Positions 23,345 to 34,834 of a stretch of DNA of 64,000 nucleotides are shown piece by piece (positions within the stretch are counted from its first letter, which is position 1; every line of letters begins with the position of its first letter). A program made the position numbers and the translations under genes. Under the pieces are notes generated by a model, which did no database searches, was not told where the DNA came from, and worked only from the letters and a program-made list of their open reading frames with translations. Origin of the DNA: Tilletiaria anomala UBC 951 (lineage: Eukaryota); contig NW_013547019.1 in the NCBI RefSeq assembly GCF_000711695.1, forward strand, positions 1 to 64,000. The letters are read 5' to 3'.

Positions 23345-26052
23345 TTATGCATTTCGCCACCCCAGCTCCTGCAGAGTCATCTCTTCGTCTTTCCATTGAT
23401 CTTCGTGGAACAATTCCGGCCCATCCTCGCCTTCGTATGGGATATGTACCCTCCTCACATGAAGGTGCTGAATGGATTTCCGTGCGCGTTGGGCAGTGGA
23501 GACCGAGCCAACCTGCGAGACAGCTAGTCGTGAGGGTCGGATGAGACTTGCCCGAGATGCCTTCAGTGGCGCAGCTGAGCGTCGAGCAGTTGGGGCGCCC
23601 TGGGATGAAGCGGTGGAGTTGGCTAATCGTAGCGTTGACAAGTCTGGAGCAGAGGATGGCGGAGGCCGCTGGACGCGTGTGAGGTTGGTAGCCGGCCGTA
23701 AGTTGAGGGGCATGTCGAGACTGCGGAACATGGCGAGCTGGTCTGCAAGCAACTGATGCTGTTTGACTGCTTCGTCGCGCTCGATATAGGCAGCGATGAG
23801 CTGCTGTTTACATTCATCGAGCTCCCTTCTGATCTTGCTGATGTGATGCACCTTCTGGAAGGGGTTGGTGTGCCCGACCAACTCGGCATTGATCGCTGAG
23901 AGTGCTGCTGCCTCCTCTTCCGCAAGAGCGTTTCGGCTGATTAGAGCCTGTGCTTCGACTTGCAGAGCTTCGTATGCCCGCTCATATTTGACTGCGCTGT
24001 CAAGTGCTTCCTCAAGTCTATTCAAACAAGACAACAGATGAGCCCCCAGACTTTTACCATGGCTATCGCCTCAGCAAGCTCACACCAAGTTTTGCTTTTG
24101 CAAATGCTCTTCTTTTGCCTTTGCATGGCCAAGGTTGCGGATGATCGCCTTGATGTGTCCCTTTGCACTTTCAAGCTCTTCAGTAACTGTTTTAAGCTCG
24201 TCCCGTAATTCTCGCAACTCTGCTTGATCCTCCCACTCATATTTTTGCAGCTGATGCAGTTGGTCGTCGAAACCGTTTCGCTCTTTCCGCAATGTCAAGA
24301 CCTCCTTGTCACGAGCACTTGCTCCCTTTCGCAGCTCATCTGCCTCCGAACGAAGCGCTGACAACTCCTTCTCGGCGAGCAACTTTGCGGTTGCATTATC
24401 TGTCACCCTGCATCGAACATCCTCCATGAGGGCGAGCATCCGAATGTTCTCCACACGGAGGACATCCGACTCTCTCCGCGCAAGGTCCAAAGCGAACGCA
24501 AGGGTTTTTCGCTCCTCGCGCCATTCAGCTCGCTCCTGTTCGATACCTTCAGCATCAAGATGGAGCTGGGCAGGCAGATTTGAATCGTCGTGGCGAAGCT
24601 GGAGCAGTGTGTCGATATCGGCTTGCAAGGACGCAAGTATTGCATAATCGACTCTCTGGTTGTTTTGCGCTTGATCTGAAGCTGCACACAGCTGCTGCAC
24701 CTTCGCCTCCTGCTCTTTGAAGCGCTGGACAAGAAGCGAATTCTGGACGACAAGTCCATCATTCTCCAGTGTAGTTGCTTCTAGCACTCTTTCCATATGA
24801 TGTACTTCTGCTACGGTCGCGAGCACAACGTCTTGCATCACGCAGAGGTTATGTCGTAACTGGGCGAGTTCGACCTCGGCTTCGACTTTTTCGCCCACTT
24901 CCAGGGTCATAGCTAGCTCCTGATCATGGAGGTCTTGTCGAAGGTGCTCGTTTTCTTCGGCGAGATACTCGTGCTCCTGCCCAAGTCTCTCCATGTCTTC
25001 GCTGAGTTGAGCTCTAGCAGCTGATAGGGTTCCTTCGAGGTCGTATATCTGTCTCTGCTGCTCCAGTTGCACCTGCTCCGCTTTGCTAAGAGCTCGCCGC
25101 AAGATATTGGCCTCCGCAACAGCACCTGAATAGCCCAGAGCCAGGTCTTTTGCTTCTTTCTGAGCCAATTCCTGCTGATGAGCCAGCTCAGCTCGCAGCG
25201 AAGCAACTTCTTGCTTGGAAGCCTCTTCTCTGGTCTTGTGTGCAGCTTTTCGTTCCGCGAATTGTCGCTGCCCTCTCGCAAGCTCTTCTGCTTGATGCTG
25301 CTTTGACTCCTCGTGCAGCCTCACAAGCGTGTTCAGACGGTCCCGAGCAGTGACATCGTCCACAGTGGACTTTGATGCTTTATCCCGAAAAGCTGCCGCT
25401 TTTTCTTCACTCTTCTCAAGCTGTGCCTTGAGCTTCTCGGCACGTTGATTCGAAAGGCCTTCGCGAAATGATATGGCATTTGCATTAATCGTAATAGTCA
25501 AAAAGCACTTCCCATCCAGATACTCACGAAGATCAGTGATGATGTTTGTTTTCTCATTGGTAAGCGTGGTCTTCTCTCTCTGCAGACATTCCACCTTTGC
25601 TTCCGCCTTCGTTAAGCGTTCTTGTAGCTTGTTCGCGTCGGAAGAGCGATTCTGTATGGATTTCACGGTCAGGGTATTTTCTTTGGCAGACTTTCCCAGA
25701 GGTAGAGTTTCAATTGAGTCTGCCCCACGAGCGAGAGAAACCCGTCAGGCTGGCTGCGAGCGTGGTGATATCTCCCATTATCAAGAGCTCACCAGGAGCG
25801 AGCTGTTTCCCTTGCGAGTACTTCATCCTCGCATCGGAGTCGAACATAGCACCGCGTTTGTACTTGTTAGTGTTTTCCGGCTGAGGATCATATGTGTTCG
25901 GACCTGGGGTGTCCGCCGGCGCTGGATTGATGCAACACCAAGAGGGGGTGGGGTATGGGCTATACATGAATATCCCGCAGCACGGGCCATCATAAATGGA
26001 AAGGCACGAACTCACGGCTAAATGGCCCTTTGCGCGGGGCTTTGCTGAACAT
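23345..26052 (-). CDS. HMMR/RHAMM-like long coiled-coil protein (about 5 exons)
   Basis: Spliced N-terminus MFSKAPRKGPFSPPADTPGPNTYDP; about 600 aa of heptads; C-terminal ELVGHTNPFQKVHHISKIRRELDECK resembles the HMMR_C motif. Confidence 0.75.
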
Positions 26053-26496
26053 CTCGCAAGAAATACAAGCCTGGCAATATCCCAATGCAAATTAGTATTG
26101 CGCGGTTTCTACCAGTTGCCACTCGGGCCACTGGATGGTCAAGGGTGGTGGAGCTGAAATAATGGCCTTGCAATGGCAGCTGTAGGTTTGAGCGATTCTC
26201 CTTGCAGGGTGTGCGTGCTTCAGCAGAGCTAGGTTACACCTTATACCGGCATATTGCGACAGTGTCAATCTTGAGCGCCGGAGCTCTGGCAATCAAATTC
26301 CCGACGCTTTGGGGCTGGAAAGGGCTCTTACTTTAAAGGATAACGAAGTGCGAATCAGCCGAATTGTGTCAAGCCTTGTGGGCTTGGCTTGAAGGCCTGT
26401 ACGCTTGTTCAGGTCTTCGTCGCCAGACAATTTGCGATGCTCGCGACGTGGCTGGCACCAGACTTCATAGCCCTGTTGGGTTGCTGTTTTATCTAC

Positions 26497-26564
26497 ACGC
26501 GTCTGTCACACCGAAGCGCGAATCCAGCTACAGCAAATCACGTGATGTGTCCAATCAGGCCACG
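26497..26564. promoter_or_regulatory. Candidate cis-element cluster in a divergent promoter (ACGCGT, ATCACGTGAT palindrome, CCAAT)
   Basis: ACGCGT at 26497-26502, ATCACGTGAT at 26537-26546 and CCAAT at 26551-26555, between the HMMR-like and MADS genes. Short motifs; function unproven. Confidence 0.25.
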
Positions 26565-27891
26565 TTGAAAGGTAGGGTTGTGCTGGTTCACGCGGCACTC
26601 CCAATGAACTTCGGCATTCGGAGTAAGTGGGCGAGGAAAAATATAGTCACACGCTTATCCCGCTCGCTGCGCGCCAACCGCAGTAAGCGTCCGACCGTTG
26701 GGAGTGTGGGGAAGGGGAAGAGCAGTGGAATGCTGGCAGTGCATGTGGAGTGGCGCCGTGCAAAGTGACACACCTATGAAATGAGCAATACTTTTCTGTG
26801 GTTCATCATTGCTGATTCTGACTGTGACGTCTGCGCCTGCAGAGAGTCTGAGACCGCTAGTCTCCAGTAACGTGCGGAGCCTCGACCTGCGTATCCTGAA
26901 TTCCTGATCGGCGCCCGGTAGTCGTCGGCACAATGTCGCCGGTCGGTTCTTCGGTATTGAGAGTTTGTCAGAGCGGTCAAACTCGACAGGTCGAACCGTC
27001 GAACGGCCAACGTTGACTTTGACATCGTTGCTACACAGTGCTACACTGCGCCGAGAATTGGAGTAGGCAGTACTCTGAGGCGCCGGAGTATGGACACTGC
27101 TGGACATCGCCAACAATATTTCATAGCTGACGGCTGCTGGATAGAAGGGCATCTGACGCTTGGGAGCCTGTGAGAGCGCTTTGTGGCATCCATACAGCGC
27201 TACAGGCGCACACTCGCTGGTCCATCGTGCGCTTCTCCCTGCTTCTCTTATTTACTATTTCAATGTCTATGTACTGACCAGTTCACTCTTGCGCACCGTG
27301 GCAATTAGCCTGGCGGCCTTCTGTACTGTCAAAGATACAGTTGATGGATCTACTTACATACACGTGTAATACGCTGCGCCTGCAACAAGGTTCTGTAACC
27401 ATTGAAGCTTCAAGCCAGACTCCAAGACTTCGCTCACTCTAGTCCCTTCTCCTGACTATTGACTCGCCTAGCTGGCAGGTCTGGGCCTGCTAGATTCTTC
27501 ACAGATGCACATTGATGTTCGATTTACTCGTCGACTCCCTGTGCCTGCTTTCATCTCATAGCAATGTTGACCTCCCCGGATTCTGGGGACCCCTGAATCG
27601 TTGGGAGACTTACATTCGCAATTCGCATCAGCGTACAAGAGCTTTCACCAAGTAAGCACAAGTTTCCACCACATCTCATCGTCATTGCAGGCCACGCACG
27701 ACCCTGGGGTACAAGTTCAGGCTGATTATCGACGGTCGGCATCTTCGACTTGTATCGCGATCTCTACCTCTTGCAGCTCTCATCACTTGCACCTTCACGT
27801 CGAATGACTAGTCGAGCTTGTTGATCTGAATCAGGTGTCCCAGGGCGGTACAACTGCTCATTATCGTCTTTTGCTCTGACTCATCAGCTTC

Positions 27892-29827
27892 ATGTCTTCG
27901 GTACCTCGGGCTAGCTCGGGAGTTGACTCGCCGCGCCTGTCACCTCGCAAACGGCTGCCGAGCCCACGTGAAGTTAACCCGGCGCATCAAAAGGGCGTAC
28001 CCCCTGTCCGTATTGCATCCAGTGGCGAAATCAACTTCGTTCAGGACCTGGATCTGTACTCGAGCCTTCCAGGTGGCCTCGCTTTCATCGGGCGCAGATC
28101 CTCCAACGAACAGAGCAAAGACATGTTCTTGTCCGCCATGTCCCACTCTTCCAATCAAGACCACGCCGCTTACATGAGCTCCGATCACCCGGTACATCCT
28201 GGTCTTCTCTCCTCCCATTACCTGTCGCCGCATCTCGACACCAGCAGCCTAAGTCCCGCGGAGAGTCACTCCACCAGCGACTCCAGTTCGCCACTCGCTC
28301 CTCTGCAGCCGCTGCCTCCATCATCTGTCGATCCAAGGAACAATCAGAGACAAGCCTCGTCCCACGGCTCAACCTCACTTCACCTTGTCGACCCGATGAG
28401 TATGATGGCGTCTCCTCAAACCACTTTGCACACAAGCGATCACAACCAGGTCTATACCTTACCATATGGTTCCATTCAGCTGGCCACGGAAGCGCAGCAG
28501 AGACTCTTCTCAGGCGGAAGTGGCGCACTCGGGTTAAACGAACTCGGCGAGCAGGAGTGTGATGAGGATATTCATGGTTTGGATTCGGACGACGATGAAG
28601 ACGACGATGAAGCGCCAACAGCTACCACCGCGTCTGCCGCCAAAGTCAAAGGTAAAGTATCAAGCAGTCCTCAGGGAAAAGGCAAAGCTGGCATGGCCAA
28701 AGCAAAGGCTGCCGTCAAGGGGAAGCAGGACTCGAAGACGGGTCGCCGCAAGATCAACATTTCATTCATTGAAGATGACGCAAGGCGTCATATCACTTTC
28801 AGCAAACGCAAAGCCGGCATTATGAAGAAGGTACGCCCGGCGCGTCGCTGTCTTATCGTTGGCGGTTCATGACTGACTTCGCAACGTCCATGACCAGGCC
28901 TATGAGCTTGCCACCCTCACAGGCACACAGGTTCTTCTGCTCGTGGTGTCTTCGACCGGTCTCGTGTACACGTTTTCCACACCCAAGCTGAAGCCAGTTG
29001 TCCGAGATCGCGAGGGAAGAGAGCTCATCCAGACATGTCTTAACGCCCCTGACCCAATCCCAGGCGATGAAGCTACCAGCAGCAGCGCTCCTAGCACTTC
29101 GACGGATGCAAGTTCAGTACCCATGCGATCGGCCTCATCGTATCGATCCTCCTCTCAGCCAACACGGGCTGATCTGATGCAAAGCTGCCGCACACCTACG
29201 ATCGACAGCCGCATCAAGTCACCGCGTATTCGCGCCTCATCACCGAATCGACCGAATAAAAGGAGGCGGACTGCATCCAGCCTGAACGAGTCTACGACCA
29301 TGTGCGCCAGCGGAGATGTCCAAGAGAATGACAACCAAGCAACCGGATCGGACAATGGTGCTGTGGGGAGACTCATCGGGCGCCAGAGAGATGACGCTGC
29401 AGCTGCTGTCGCAATGGCCAATCATTCGCATGCCAGCCATACCCGCCGAGCCTCTCTGCAGCCCATGTCATTGCAGCAGAACGTCACCAATGCCTTCGCG
29501 CATCCTGCAGCGAAGCAATTTAACCTGATGCAAGGCGTCCAGCGCACGCAACACGACACGCACATTCGCAGCGTCAGCGCGTTGAACCCTAGTGAGGATC
29601 CCCGCATGCATGGAAACCATGCCATCAGCGGCCTGCCGCAGCCGACGTTCATCAGCGCAGACGACGAGCAACAGCTTGCCAATGCAATACCGTGGATATC
29701 TGGACTCAGTACAAAGCTTCTCTATGATACACCCAAAGGCCAGAATGCTTCTTTCTGGGGCACAGGTCCCATGCTTGGCAGCATGACGGATGGTTCCGAT
29801 CCCGGCGCACAACATTGGGGACGCTGA
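27892..29827 (+). CDS. MCM1: SRF/Mcm1-type MADS-box transcription factor (2 exons)
   Basis: GRRKINISFIEDDARRHITFSKRKAGIMKK|AYELATLTGTQVLLLVVSSTGLVYTFSTPKL, followed by EGRELIQTCLN; intron at 28831-28897. May be a paralogue rather than the orthologue. Confidence 0.88.
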
Positions 29828-30133
29828 CAGATGTTGGCACGCCAGCGTGACTTTCGCTTCGCTTCACCACTATTACTAGACCTTCACCGCTATTTTTTTA
29901 CATTGCGCATTTGGTATTCTACATTATGCATGCAATAAATCTTGGGGATAGACAAAACTGATGCGAGTATTACGCCGCCAACACCCTTGTGAATGACCAA
30001 GATGATCATAGGAGGTAGGGGGTAAATTGGATGTATGAGCGCCACACGTTGCAGCACACGCTTTCATGTCCATGTAGTGCACTCTGATGCAAAGGAATGT
30101 TCCGTGTCAGCCTTGCCCTGTATGGTTTGTGCA

Positions 30134-33100
30134 TCATGGGCGCCCAGCGAGAGAGGCTTGCTCACCCATTCCCACGAGCGATACTGCTGCACGCCACAAG
30201 TCTCTCCTCGTGATTGCTTGAATGTGACTCTCCTCTGGATCACGTCGGAGGATTGCCTGGCTGATGGCAAGTGACGCTGCAAATGGAACGCTGCCTCCAG
30301 ATCCCTTGTCTGCAGAGGTCATTTTTGCCAACTCCAAGACCTGCAGTGCGACGCCGAGGTGGAAAGAGCGCAAGTTCCACTGAACGAGGGCCCGCTGCTC
30401 CTTATCGAGGATAACCCATGGCTCCCAGCGCCATGCATCGCCGCCCCAATACCCAGTGATCTTGTCGCAAACGTTCTCGGTGGACCGCTCACGTTCTATA
30501 CGATGTCTGAGAAGGCCAGTAAGCGGGCTCTGTCGAGCTTCGATGTGCTTTACATTTCTCGGAGGATGCAGGTCGACGTCTGGCAAAGATGGTGGAGCAA
30601 GGGGAGATGCTGAGCGCGATCGAGGGATGTGAGGCCCAAGCTGAGCAGTAGCAGCGTTTTGAGCTTCGAGCCATGCTTCAGAGATGGATGGCGCAGTACT
30701 ACCGAAGCCGTTGCTCTTCCTCGTTTGGGCCTTCTTTCTGGACGAGGCGTCCTCATCGTTGCGGTTTGAAATAATAGAAAGTCTGCGCGCCGACGAAACT
30801 GATCGCGTTTGCTTCCTTTTCGAACGAGACGACAATATGCTCCGCTTGCACTTTCCGGCAGCATTCCTTTGCCGTTTTCGCTTGTTCAGCTTCTCGGCTT
30901 GTCGATTTTGCCTCTCGTTCTCCTCGGAGTCGTACGGCCGCTCCTCATCATCTTCCTCGGTCTCAGACCCGATGGAGATCGCATCGTTGTAGAATGGCCG
31001 CGGACGCTTGCTAAGCGACTCTGTGTCATCCAGCAACGCCTTGAGCGCGTCCAGCTCAGGCCTTCGTCCTAAACATGCTTCATCTGAGCTACCTGTTGAG
31101 TCCTTGTCATCTCTGCGCCCAATTGTGCCCTTCGATAGCCTCGGTGGAGGCAGGTTGGGGTCGACCCATCCAACCGAACGAGCACGGGCTATCGAATCCC
31201 TGGTGCGTTTGATGATCAACCCTGCTTCCGGTTCGTCCCGCCAAACCGCGTCCTCGCAAAAGAATGGGTGTGCTGGGAGTAACTCTTGCTCCCGAGACTC
31301 TGTGGTTTTGGTATACAACTTCTCCTTGCCTTTTGCTCGTTCACCTGCTGAATTTCCAACTGAACGCTGCGTCCCAGCCTTTGCTGCATTCGGGTGTGTG
31401 ATCTGAACTTTGATCGCCTCTGCCTCTGCCTCGGCATCTGCTTCTGCCACCGCTTTTCCTTCTGGCTCTGGTTCAGCTTTGGTTTTTGTTTTTGTTGTTG
31501 TTTTAGTTTTAGATTTGGCTTCGGCTTCGGCCCCTTCTTCGCCTCGGGCCCCAGCTTCAGGTTTAAGCGTCGAATCGGCTTCGGCGCGCAATTGTGCTTC
31601 TGTTTTTGCCTCCACATCTGCCTCAGCTGCAGGGACGTCTTCTGCCTTGGCTGATGCTTCTTTCTCTGCCTGCGGCTCTGCCACAAGCTCTGGATCAAGC
31701 AGGCGCCCATCAAACGGCAGAGGCTTTTCTGCCAGCAGTTCTTCGCCGCCTTCGTCGTCTTCGTCAGGCGACAGGCTTACCGCTTCTCTAGAAAGCGATT
31801 TTTCCTGGCCTAACTCTGATCTTCCTTTCTTCTGGGCCCTTTCCTTGAGCTCTGCTGCACCATTCGTGAGTGCAACAAACTTTTCATCTGCCATTTCATC
31901 GGTCTCTCCATTTGTCTCCGCTCGGTTCGGATGTCGAGTAGCCCTTGTGACTTGGCGACCCGAGTCGGGTGATAACTCAGAATGCAAGAAGGCTATGTTC
32001 GATTCGACTCGTCGACGTAGGGACGAGCTGAGTTGCGATTTGCTTACGGTTGGTGACTTAGAAGGGGCGCGCAATGGCACATGTCGGACAAGCAGGCCTG
32101 ATCTACGGAGCGGCCAAGCGGTTGACCTTAAGGCAGAGCTCGCTTTGAGGGAGATGTCATGGCTGACCAAAGTTTCCCAGCTAACATCCGACGTCCTGCT
32201 GCCGGGTATCTTGAGGCCAGGTGCCTCTGAGCTTGCCAAGCTCTGATATGGCCTTCTGTCTGATCGATCTCCGATTGATTGCATTGATAACCCCCCTCCG
32301 GCATTTTGTGGGCTCGCGTGCGATTGCTCGTCAACTTTTCCCAGTGTGGAAGATGAACAAGCAGGAGCAAGACACTTTGGCGTTGGATGATACGAAGAGG
32401 TCAATTGATATTGTTTTGACGAGCTTTCCATTGTCTGTCCAGCCTTTCCCCGGCGTCGCACATCAGCCTTCCAAGCATTCCATATCTCATTTTTATCTGA
32501 AGAAATCTGAACTTCGCGGCCAGTCTCTGCCGCGCCCATGCTGACCGTTCCCTCAAGTTCCTTCCGAGGCCGCTGTTTTGAACGTGGTACCAAGGACTTG
32601 TACTTCGAAAGTGTATGTTTCGCAGGTTGTGTACTCTTCTTGATAGGACTGAGTTTGACTTTCTTCAGAACTGGTAAATCGAGACAGGAAGAATCATCGT
32701 GCAAGACAATGGTATCGTTCGATGACTTGTCAGCTTGAGAGTCGCCGGAATCAAATGCTGCCCTGCTGCTGTGATCGCCTCGGTTTCCTTGGATTTCCCC
32801 GGTGGAAGATGCGTACGGATATCTTGATGGCATTCGTAGCAAGGTGCAAGGTCCCCTGTTGCTTTCAGAAGCGGCTGAAGTTTGAGACGTACACGGTTCC
32901 CTGCTCAGCGTTGGTAGCATTCGACAAGGATAGCGGCTGCCGCGATGTAGCAATCCGGATGGGATAGAGTTATGAGAGATGGCGGCGTCCTGCGGAAGTC
33001 TGGCATCGCTAGAAGCGAGCGGAGGCTGAGAGGCAGAAGTTGAAACGATTGACCTGTGACCACGCCTCCAAGAATACGTTGCTGGCTGTGAGGCAGAGAA

Positions 33101-33418
33101 GCTGTCAAAGTCAGAGCCAACTCCTGGATGCAGTCGTGGCACGCTCTGCCTAGAAGTGGTGGCCAGATGAGAGATGCCTCTAGGCCCGGATGTGCCATCG
33201 TATATGGGAATCGATGGCCTGTCTGCGGCCGGAACGCCATGCAAAGTCCGTTCCTGTTCCGTGGGAAGCCCTTGATGCACATCCGCACGAGACTTTAAAA
33301 GGCTCAGAGCGGGTGGTCGTTGTTGCAGTCCGCCGAGCCGGAGGTCGCCAGTGCTGGAGCGCCTGATGTCATCAGCCTCGTCCCCTGGCCGTGACCGTCC
33401 AGCCGGGCTGCTGAGCAT
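30134..33418 (-). CDS. Intronless 1094-aa largely disordered protein of unknown function
   Basis: Uninterrupted 3.3-kb ORF, S/R/E/K-rich, with basic NLS-like runs (KLNKRKRQR) and a small hydrophobic C-terminal segment. No recognised domain. Confidence 0.75.
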   Translation of the reverse strand: MLSSPAGRSRPGDEADDIRRSSTGDLRLGGLQQRPPALSLLKSRADVHQGLPTEQERTLHGVPAADRPSIPIYDGTSGPRGISHLATTSRQSVPRLHPGVGSDFDSFSASQPATYSWRRGHRSIVSTSASQPPLASSDARLPQDAAISHNSIPSGLLHRGSRYPCRMLPTLSREPCTSQTSAASESNRGPCTLLRMPSRYPYASSTGEIQGNRGDHSSRAAFDSGDSQADKSSNDTIVLHDDSSCLDLPVLKKVKLSPIKKSTQPAKHTLSKYKSLVPRSKQRPRKELEGTVSMGAAETGREVQISSDKNEIWNAWKADVRRRGKAGQTMESSSKQYQLTSSYHPTPKCLAPACSSSTLGKVDEQSHASPQNAGGGLSMQSIGDRSDRRPYQSLASSEAPGLKIPGSRTSDVSWETLVSHDISLKASSALRSTAWPLRRSGLLVRHVPLRAPSKSPTVSKSQLSSSLRRRVESNIAFLHSELSPDSGRQVTRATRHPNRAETNGETDEMADEKFVALTNGAAELKERAQKKGRSELGQEKSLSREAVSLSPDEDDEGGEELLAEKPLPFDGRLLDPELVAEPQAEKEASAKAEDVPAAEADVEAKTEAQLRAEADSTLKPEAGARGEEGAEAEAKSKTKTTTKTKTKAEPEPEGKAVAEADAEAEAEAIKVQITHPNAAKAGTQRSVGNSAGERAKGKEKLYTKTTESREQELLPAHPFFCEDAVWRDEPEAGLIIKRTRDSIARARSVGWVDPNLPPPRLSKGTIGRRDDKDSTGSSDEACLGRRPELDALKALLDDTESLSKRPRPFYNDAISIGSETEEDDEERPYDSEENERQNRQAEKLNKRKRQRNAAGKCKRSILSSRSKRKQTRSVSSARRLSIISNRNDEDASSRKKAQTRKSNGFGSTAPSISEAWLEAQNAATAQLGPHIPRSRSASPLAPPSLPDVDLHPPRNVKHIEARQSPLTGLLRHRIERERSTENVCDKITGYWGGDAWRWEPWVILDKEQRALVQWNLRSFHLGVALQVLELAKMTSADKGSGGSVPFAASLAISQAILRRDPEESHIQAITRRDLWRAAVSLVGMGEQASLAGRP

Positions 33419-34834
33419 GATTCCATGCTGCCGTTTCTGCTTCTTCCGGCATCAGTCTGTGTAATCCATCAATCGAATGAAAGCAAGATCATGCAAAACC
33501 CTGAGCTTTCAACGATTGGATTCTCATCAGAAATCGATCCTGATTTCTGAATGCTGATCACCTTTCTCATCTTTCGCGTCGCGTTCTCCTCTGGTGAGTG
33601 TCGACATTCTTTTTTTTCTTGGTGCGGTTCTATTGTGGTTAGTGTGGTGAATGAGTCGTTGGCAACCCAAGTTCTAAGGCATGGAGCTGCTTCGGGTCAG
33701 GATGTTGGAGATGCTAAACACATTGAGCGACTCCCAAACAGCATACTGCTACGGAAAAGTGCTTTCAAGATCTCGCTCAATACTCGCATTCCCCTGTGCG
33801 CGGTGACTGGCATCTGGTATATGGTATTTGCCAGTCTCAAAGCACGTTGGACAAATCATTCGCCCAGCAATAACAGTCTTCCCACTGCTTCGAATACTCG
33901 GTTTGGGGCAAGTCAGATTCTCGACTTCAGGTAGCCGGCTCAGATCAAGCACTGTATTGCTACACTCATTCTGCAGGACAACAATCGTTCGACCGGCGTC
34001 AATTGCCTACAATTTGGTGCGGCCATCCTGACTCTCGAGGGCTTGGATTTAAAGGACGGGGGGTTCACGGAGATTTCCAACGGAAGTGAAAGCTGAAGCC
34101 AGATTCTGGGGGCGCTTGGGAGACACGCAGAGCTTTGCAACGAAGCTTCAGAAGCGGCCCATCTGTGAGCACTGCTCCTTTGTGTGTTCAGACGTCAAGC
34201 TCGGATGCGTGGCTCACGCTACACGCGCGATTCTTCAAGAGCCCACGTATAGAGAATCGATTCCCCCACCCGTGCACTGAACCATCGTCTGCCCGCCGCA
34301 ACGACACACTGGGTCGGCTGGCAACATTAATGGCATCCGTTCTTCCAACACTGTGATTCCTTCAGAGCCTGCAGACATCGCAAGCGGCTACAATTATATC
34401 AACTTGAAACAACTTGGGCCGCTGAGCCATCTGTGAGAGGCAAAACTTTGGGCAACCTTTCTGCGCAGCTTTCATCGTCTCACTATCTCACCACCTTCGC
34501 CTGCAACATTCACACCATTGCGCAGTCCGCAGCGACTGGCATACGGTCAGTTTGGCTTATCGACTGCACATTGTACCCAATTGCTTCCTCTTCGTGGTCG
34601 ACGTGCTGCAGGTGAGGGCCAAGCTCGTGACGATGCCATGCTCTCAATTCATTTGTGCCTTGATCTAACCTCCCTTGACCCTCTGCTTCACGCATGTTTA
34701 TGTCCCAATGTCGACAGCCTACCTTCGTTACATAGCTAGGTTAAATTCAACTCTGGGTACGCTACTGATGATCGACAACCCAGGGTATTGCAACCTTTCT
34801 GTCACACTGCAAGCTCATCTTGGGTTCAACCACT

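Noticed and set aside
33420..34830. Possible small gene between the 1094-aa ORF and CTK1
   Set aside because: No recognisable product. The splice-like signals at about 34611-34717 fit a 5' UTR intron of CTK1.
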